This document shows, one piece after another, positions 63,403 to 64,000 of a DNA stretch of 64,000 nucleotides (its first letter is position 1; each line of letters opens with the position of its first letter). This stretch comes from Haliotis cracherodii (taxonomy: Eukaryota), in assembly GCF_022045235.1 (NCBI RefSeq), contig NW_027266305.1, positions 1-64,000 of the forward strand, written 5' to 3'. The notes beneath the pieces were generated by a model. The model ran no database searches. It was not told where the DNA came from and worked only from the letters and a program-made list of their open reading frames with translations. The translations under genes and the position numbers were made by a program.

Positions 63403-64000
63403 GGCAAACGGGGGGCCGGGGGTAATTAGCACTGATAGGTAAACGGGGGGCCGGGGGTAATTAGCACTGATAGGTAAACGGGAGGCCGGGGGTAATTAGC
63501 ACTGATAGGTAAACGGGAGGCCGGGGGTAATTAGCACTGATAGGTAAACGGGAGGCCAGGGGTAATTAGCACTGATAGGTAAACGGGGGGCCGGGGGTAA
63601 TTAGCACTGATAGGTAAACGGGAGGCCGGGGGTAATTAGCACTGATAGGTAAACGGGAGGCCGGGGGTAATTAGCACTGATGGGTAAACGGGAGGCCGGG
63701 GGTAATTAGCACTGATGGGTAAACGGGAGGCCGGGGGTAATTAGCACTGATGGGTAAACGGGAGGCCGGGGGTAATTAGCACTGATGGGCAAACGGGAGG
63801 CCGGGGGTAATTAGCACTGATGGGCAAACGGGAGGCCGGGGGTAATTAGCACTGATGGGTAAACGGGAGGCCGGGGGTAATTAGCACTGATAGGTAAACG
63901 GGAGGCCGGGGGTAATTAGCACTGATAGGTAAACGGGAGGCCGGGGGTAATTAGCACTGATAGGTAAACGGGAGGCCGGGGGTAATTAGCACTGATAGGT
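63403..64000. repeat. 35-bp minisatellite (GGTAATTAGCACTGATAGGTAAACGGGAGGCCGGG), at least 17 copies, running off the window
   Basis: Direct periodicity; degenerate precursor units at 63280-63400. Confidence 0.96.

Overview
This is animal genomic DNA, probably a gastropod mollusc. An abalone (Haliotis)-like genome is inferred from the repeat families and is not proven. The core is a head-to-head housekeeping pair: UNC50 (minus strand, 7 coding exons, 272 aa) and COA5 (plus strand, 3 coding exons, 86 aa), which share a short bidirectional promoter near 24.75-25.0 kb. The window also holds an intronless 629-aa secreted protein with a CBM-like N-terminal domain (46242-48131), the first coding exon of a NAT16/HISAT-like GNAT acetyltransferase (62035-62280) and an unassigned candidate exon (5121-5295). 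The rest is repeats: four short interspersed families with a shared 3' tail, long-TIR MITEs, Tc1, mariner and hAT transposase relics, a truncated Gypsy element nested in a MITE, a Helentron-like element, Penelope-like element (PLE) remnants and many mini/microsatellites. The most notable items are: an intact minimal hammerhead ribozyme in a PLE end (63083-63122); a 24 x 78-bp satellite that appears to be an amplified, broken hammerhead; a tRNA-less retroposon family whose head folds into a conserved RNA structure; and SINE orientation that follows host transcription. Most ORFs in the supplied track are artefacts of tandem repeats or SINEs.
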